NCBI RefSeq assembly: GCF_009914755.1
Contig: NC_060929.1
DNA: 64,000 bases
Strand: one strand, 5' to 3'
From: the human T2T-CHM13v2.0 reference genome, Homo sapiens
A program made the translations under genes and the position numbers. The notes below the pieces were generated by a model, which was given only the letters and a program-made list of their open reading frames with translations, did not search any database and was not told the DNA's origin. Shown here in pieces: positions 58,838 to 64,000 of the stretch. Numbering within the stretch: position 1 is the first letter of the stretch; each line of letters begins with the position of its first letter.

Positions 58838-59024
58838 TTATGCAAACAGAACCAAAAATTGGATGATGACCCAATGTCGCTCTCATGTAATTCATGTGCA
58901 GATGTTTGGGATTCACTGGAGGAACATGGATCATTTTGTTATACCCACCATGAAAATTCTTTTAAGCAACTACAAAAATCTTTCAAGGCATCTTTTTTAA
59001 GGTTATTACTTTAAAAAAATTTAT

Positions 59025-59353
59025 GCAATATGTTTTCAGGAATCCCTTGGCAATGATTTACTGGAACATATAACTATTCAAATAATGACGGCACAGAGAA
59101 GCACTGCATGTGTGCACCAAACCGAGAGATTTTTTGTACCATTGTGTGAAACCCATTAACTTAGTAAAATTTGAAAAACAAAACAACAACAAAAAAACAA
59201 ACAAAAAAACACCCCTCAAGAATTGCCACTGACATTGGAGGCATTATAAATAATTTCCATTTTACCATTGGTGCTTGGTGATTACTTGCTATTTATGCCA
59301 AGGTGGCATTTCAAAGTACTTTGCATGGAATCTATTTACTCATTACCAACTTA
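59025..59353. repeat. Copy 1 of ~325-bp direct duplication
   Basis: Aligns to 61132-61449 at ~88% (hand count) outside the central A-rich tract. Confidence 0.96.
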
Positions 59354-59509
59354 ATGTAGCCTTTCCCTCTCGAGGCTGGACACTCAGATGTGTATGTAAC
59401 ACACATCTGAGGACTAGGCTACATTTAACAAAGAAAAAAACAGTAGTGATAAATAACATATACAGGAAAATAGACATTAATGTTTATAGGATAGAAGGCA
59501 CTAAAAATG

Positions 59510-59799
59510 GGCTGGGTGCCATGGCTCACACCTGTGATCTCAGTGCTTTGGGAGGCTGAGGCTGGAGGACTGTTGGAGACCAGCAGTTCCAGACCAACCT
59601 GGGCAACTTAGTGAGACCCCATCTCTGTAAAAGATTTTTAAAAATGAGCCAGGTGTCGTGGTGCACACCCGTAGTCCTAGCTACTTTGGTAGCTGACGTG
59701 GGAGGTTCACTTGAGCTCAGGAGTTTGAGGTTACAGTGAGTTTTGATCGTGCCACTGCACTCCAGCCTGGGTGACAGTGAGACCCTATCTCAAAAAAAA
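59510..59799 (+). mobile_element. AluJ
   Basis: Diverged dimer; TSD cactaaaaatg on both sides. Confidence 0.92.
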
Positions 59800-60049
59800 G
59801 TCACTAAAAATGCTGCCAAAAAACACCAACAGTAATAATTATAAAACAACTTACATTAACATTTAAAATACTAACCTATAAAACTAGAATAGGTTGAAAT
59901 AACCAGAGTGAGAGAATGAAATTACAATAATGTTTATATCTCTATTCAATGGTACAGTCTCTAAATCAAGCTTAACTGTATTAACCTCCCTGTACTGCAG
60001 AAATCAGAGAATCAGCCCAGCCTTTGTCTAGAGTCCTCCTGGGATCCAC

Positions 60050-61120
60050 TCATTCCAAAGACCTCAGAAGCATACTGAGAACAAAAGCAGGACAATGCAT
60101 ATTCCTGAGCTACATCAACCTTAATGGCCAAATACCAATGGAAAAACAAGCTGAAACATGTAAAAACCAGGACTGCAGCGGGGAGAGGGCTGGTGGGAAA
60201 GAGTGTGTGACTGAGGAGCGGGTAGTCAACAGAGCAAAGATCAGGAAAGCTGCCTGCTGCGTTTAATGGCAGGAAAGTCATTAGTAAGAATCATCTGGGT
60301 GGACTGATGGGGGTGGAAGTCAGCCTCAAGTAGGTAGAGAATGAAAGAGAAGTGAAAAAGACAGTGAGTAGAAGCCACCCTCCCAAGAAGTTTGGCTATA
60401 AAGTGATAGAACTGTAGCTAAAGAGTTAGGTGAAATACACAGGAAGCTTCTCGTTGCTGTGTTAACATGGCAGACATGTGAGTGTGACAGGACAAGGGAA
60501 ACGATGCACGAGAAAGCAGGGAACAGGTTCCTGAGGAAGCAGCATAGGCCAGGACCCAGAGGAGTGGCCCTGGATGGGAGGAGGGACACCTCCTCCCCTA
60601 CAATGAGAAGAGAATTGGGAGGATGCAGGGTTGGAAAGTAAGTGTGTAGGTTTGTTGGCTGGAAGGTGACGAATTTGGTTGCTGCAGTTGACTCTGTGAG
60701 GTGGGAAATGAGGTCTTATGTTGGAAGGTGAGAGGTAGAGAAACTCTCTGAAATAGTTGCTACAGAGTTAGCAGAGGTGAAGGATGAGATTGTGCATTTA
60801 CAGTTCGATTAGTTTATTCTGTTGTGTAACCTTTTGCAGAAGCACCGCGCAATTGGAGGAAGATGTGTAACATAAGGTTGGTTCAGAGGAATTTTCTCAG
60901 AAGGCTGAGATGAAAAGGCAGGAGATAAGGGAATTTACAGGAATGCGGGGGATGTACACATTATGATCTGACCAGCCTTGGGATGTCAGCTGACCTTGAA
61001 AGGCGAGGGCTGATGATAGCAGAGGAGTGACAGGATGGAAAGTCCAAAGACAGCAAACAACCTTGACAATTCTCACCTTGATATCAAGCAAGCTAAGAAG
61101 GTCCAGATGACCAGGGAACA
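60050..61120 (-). mobile_element. Degraded L2 LINE
   Basis: Purine-rich + strand with L2-antisense-like 'ggggtggaagtcagcctcaagtagg..gacagtgagtagaag..agaagtttggctataaag'. Confidence 0.6.
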
Positions 61121-61131
61121 AAACAAAAACA

Positions 61132-61449
61132 GCAATATGTTTCCACGAATCCCTTGGCAATGATTGACTGGAACATATCACTGTTAAAATAATGACGGCA
61201 AAGAAAAGCACTGCATGGTTGCAACAAACCAAGAGGTTTTTGTATTATTGTGTGAAGCCCATTAACTTAGTAAAATCTGAAAACAAAACAAAACAAAACA
61301 AAAAACCCCCCTCGAGAATTGCCATTGAAATTTGAGGCATTATAAATGATTTCCATTTTATCATTGGTGATTGGTGATTATGTGCTATTTATGCCAAGGT
61401 GATATTTCAAAGTACTTTGCATGGAATCCATTTGCTCACTACCAACTTA
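61132..61449. repeat. Copy 2 of ~325-bp direct duplication
   Basis: Aligns to 59025-59353. Confidence 0.96.
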
Positions 61450-62277
61450 GGTATGTTTTCATACCTAACAAACGTTTTCAGGTAATGAGAGGAAGCCTGA
61501 GGGTAAAAGACTTAAAAAGAGAATTTATTCCCCCAGCCAAATTGTGGCAGGAACTCAAGCAACAAGGTTTAAAATAACTACTCCACCAGGCACAGCCTGA
61601 AGCCAGATGGCATCTGAACTCGGCTTCCACGCTCCCACTAACCAGATCTGTTTATTCTAAACTTGCAGGCCTTCCCTCAACAGGCAAGGGCCAGGATCAG
61701 GTTTAAAATAGAGAAGGAAAATGGCTGTAGGTGTATTGGCAAAGTCTTTTTCAGAGATAGGCTTTTCTTCTTCTGTCCTTGGATGGGTACTATGTTTATT
61801 TTAGGCAAAGTTAAGAGTTTTTTTTTTTTTTTTGCCTTTAAAAAAACACACATCTACAAATGTGTGCTCACAAATGCTCACCGACTTGCTGATGCCAGTG
61901 TTTGAAATTAGAGAGGCTTACTGAATTTCAAATGAAGTGATTAGAGTGAATAAGGCAGTTTAGTTCATCTCCCATAGGATACAGAAAGTAAGACTGGGAC
62001 AAAATTCTCTACTAACTCTTAAGAAAATTAACAAAGACATACCAAAGAATGGTGGTTGCTAGTATTGCTAGTATTTACACACACACACACAGTTAGTAGA
62101 AATCCATTTAAATTACTTATAATAGTGATCCACGGAGTAAACACGATTAATCTGGAAATTATTGGTCTTCAGGGAAGTACTAACAGTTCAACAGTCGATT
62201 ATTTCAAGAAGGTGGCTAAGAGAGCAGGGTGTACAAGAAAGGAAAAATGTATGGAAATATTCATAGAATAGAAATGA

Positions 62278-62562
62278 GACTGGGCGTGGTGGCTCATGCC
62301 TGTAATCCCAGCACTTTGGGAGGCCGAGGTGGGCAGATCACCTGAGGTCAGGAGTTTGAGACCAACCTCGCCAATATGAAGAAGCCCCATCTCTACTAAA
62401 AATACAAAAATTAGCCAGGCATGGTGGCAGATGCCTATAATCCCAGCTACTCAGGAGGCTGAGGCAGGAGAATCACTTGAACCTGGGTAGTGGAGGTTGC
62501 AGTGAGCCGAGATTGTGCCATTCGACAAGAGCGAAACTCTGTCTCAAAAAAAAAAAAAAAAA
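62278..62562 (+). mobile_element. AluS with short right-arm deletion
   Basis: Dimer lacking 'gcactccagcctggg' near 62522; A tail 62546-62562. Confidence 0.93.
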
Positions 62563-63278
62563 GACATGAGAATTTGGAAAGGCATTTAGAGATATAGTCT
62601 AACCTCTTCCTCTATGAAGAAATCATTCTCCCAAATCCCTGACTGTAGGAACTTAGTCTAATTTATAAATCATAAGAATTCAATCTATTTTTCCACTAAA
62701 ATTGTTCATGCGCTATCCTTGGTAGAAGAAGAAAGGACAGAAAGCCAGGGCTGAGTGCCAGGGCTCAGAGAATTGGACCCAACAGAAAGTGGGATGTAGG
62801 CCTTCTTCTCAGACCGCGTGGAAAGGTAGCTGAATCCACTTCCTGGTTCCTTCTAAATGTGGGGAAGTGACCTGTGAATGGCAGCCCTGCATGGTAACAA
62901 CAGAGGATTATAAGAACATTGAAGAATAATTCCTAAGAGCCTTCCCTCTAGGACAGAGTGACAGACTTCATAGTGATAGGCCACGCAGAGGGCACCCAGG
63001 CAAGTAAACAGTGACCCTAAGACATGCCGAAAGGTACTAGGTATGACTTTATGCTCATCTCATGTGCATGCTCTTTAAAAATAAAGGTCAAAACCCCTTT
63101 ATTTAAATTTAAATTCTTACAACCCATATTCTAGCAAGATTATACATACTGTTATTACAGGGCATTCCCTTTTCTCATTCATTTAGCAAATATTTATTGA
63201 GGTCTCTATGTGATGTAACGGTGCTGGCAAAACCAGGTCGAATGCAGAGTGTACTGCACAGTGAATGAATATAAATCA

Positions 63279-63521
<243 letters not shown>

Positions 63522-64000
63522 TTATACCCCCTCAAAGCCTTAGCAGCCCAGGTCTGATAAATCTTTGGTTGGTAAAATTACTGTAACTTGATCTGGTGGC
63601 TGGCTCCATGTTAGAGTTTACAGTGGAGTGAAGGACTGCACGCAGGTATTTATTTAGTACCAATTGTATGTAGACTAGTGCGCTATTAGGTTTGTATGCC
63701 TGGCAGGAAAGCTGAAGGAATACCAAGAATGGAAGAAACACAATCTCTGTCTCTCAAGCGTCTCAGTCCCAAAGTAGCATCCTTCCCACGTGATGCAGAT
63801 CATAATGAGGGCTCTCATTTGGGTCTGAGTTATTACAGTCATTACCGGTGCTCACTGACTGATTAGGGCCTACTGTTTTCTTGCCTTCAAGTTTGGGCAG
63901 GATCTGACCTGACACTTTGGGAGATGAGGAGGAAGATGCTACGAGGGGAGCAGACGAAAAGCCCGAGGAACAGCAGGTCTGGAGAAGGTTTCAAGTTCAT

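Noticed and set aside
59050-59100. C/D-box snoRNA pair suggested by ATGATT/ATGACG motifs in the duplicated unit
   Set aside because: The motifs are on the strand antisense to the host gene, are not RTGATGA, and lack a suitably placed CTGA box and terminal stem.

Overview
Human (primate) genomic DNA from the OTULIN-ANKH locus (chr5p15.2, recognised from the encoded peptides). The + strand carries the last coding exon of OTULIN (346-540) and a ~6.7 kb 3'UTR. After a ~5 kb gap, the convergent - strand carries ANKH exons 4-12 (nine exons, all GT-AG, reading frame intact, residues 145-492) and a ~6.4 kb 3'UTR with alternative poly(A) signals. The rest is intron and intergenic DNA with 16 Alu-family elements, L1M, L2 and MIR remnants, a Tigger4a, an MLT1 LTR, a solo LTR10 and an LTR8 fragment. 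Apart from those overlapping exons, the supplied ORFs are spurious. I see no evidence of a wholly new biological system. The most unusual structures are: (1) an ERV (LTR8) 3' end that looks retrotransposed by L1, with poly(A) tail and TSDs, placing an AATAAA inside ANKH intron 6; (2) a possible intronic-polyadenylation isoform after exon 8; (3) miR-17-family sites found only in the distal ANKH UTR; (4) several local direct duplications of non-repeat intron sequence; (5) a trimeric Alu. Repeat family names, exon numbers and residue numbers come from memory, identities are hand counts, and no database search was run.
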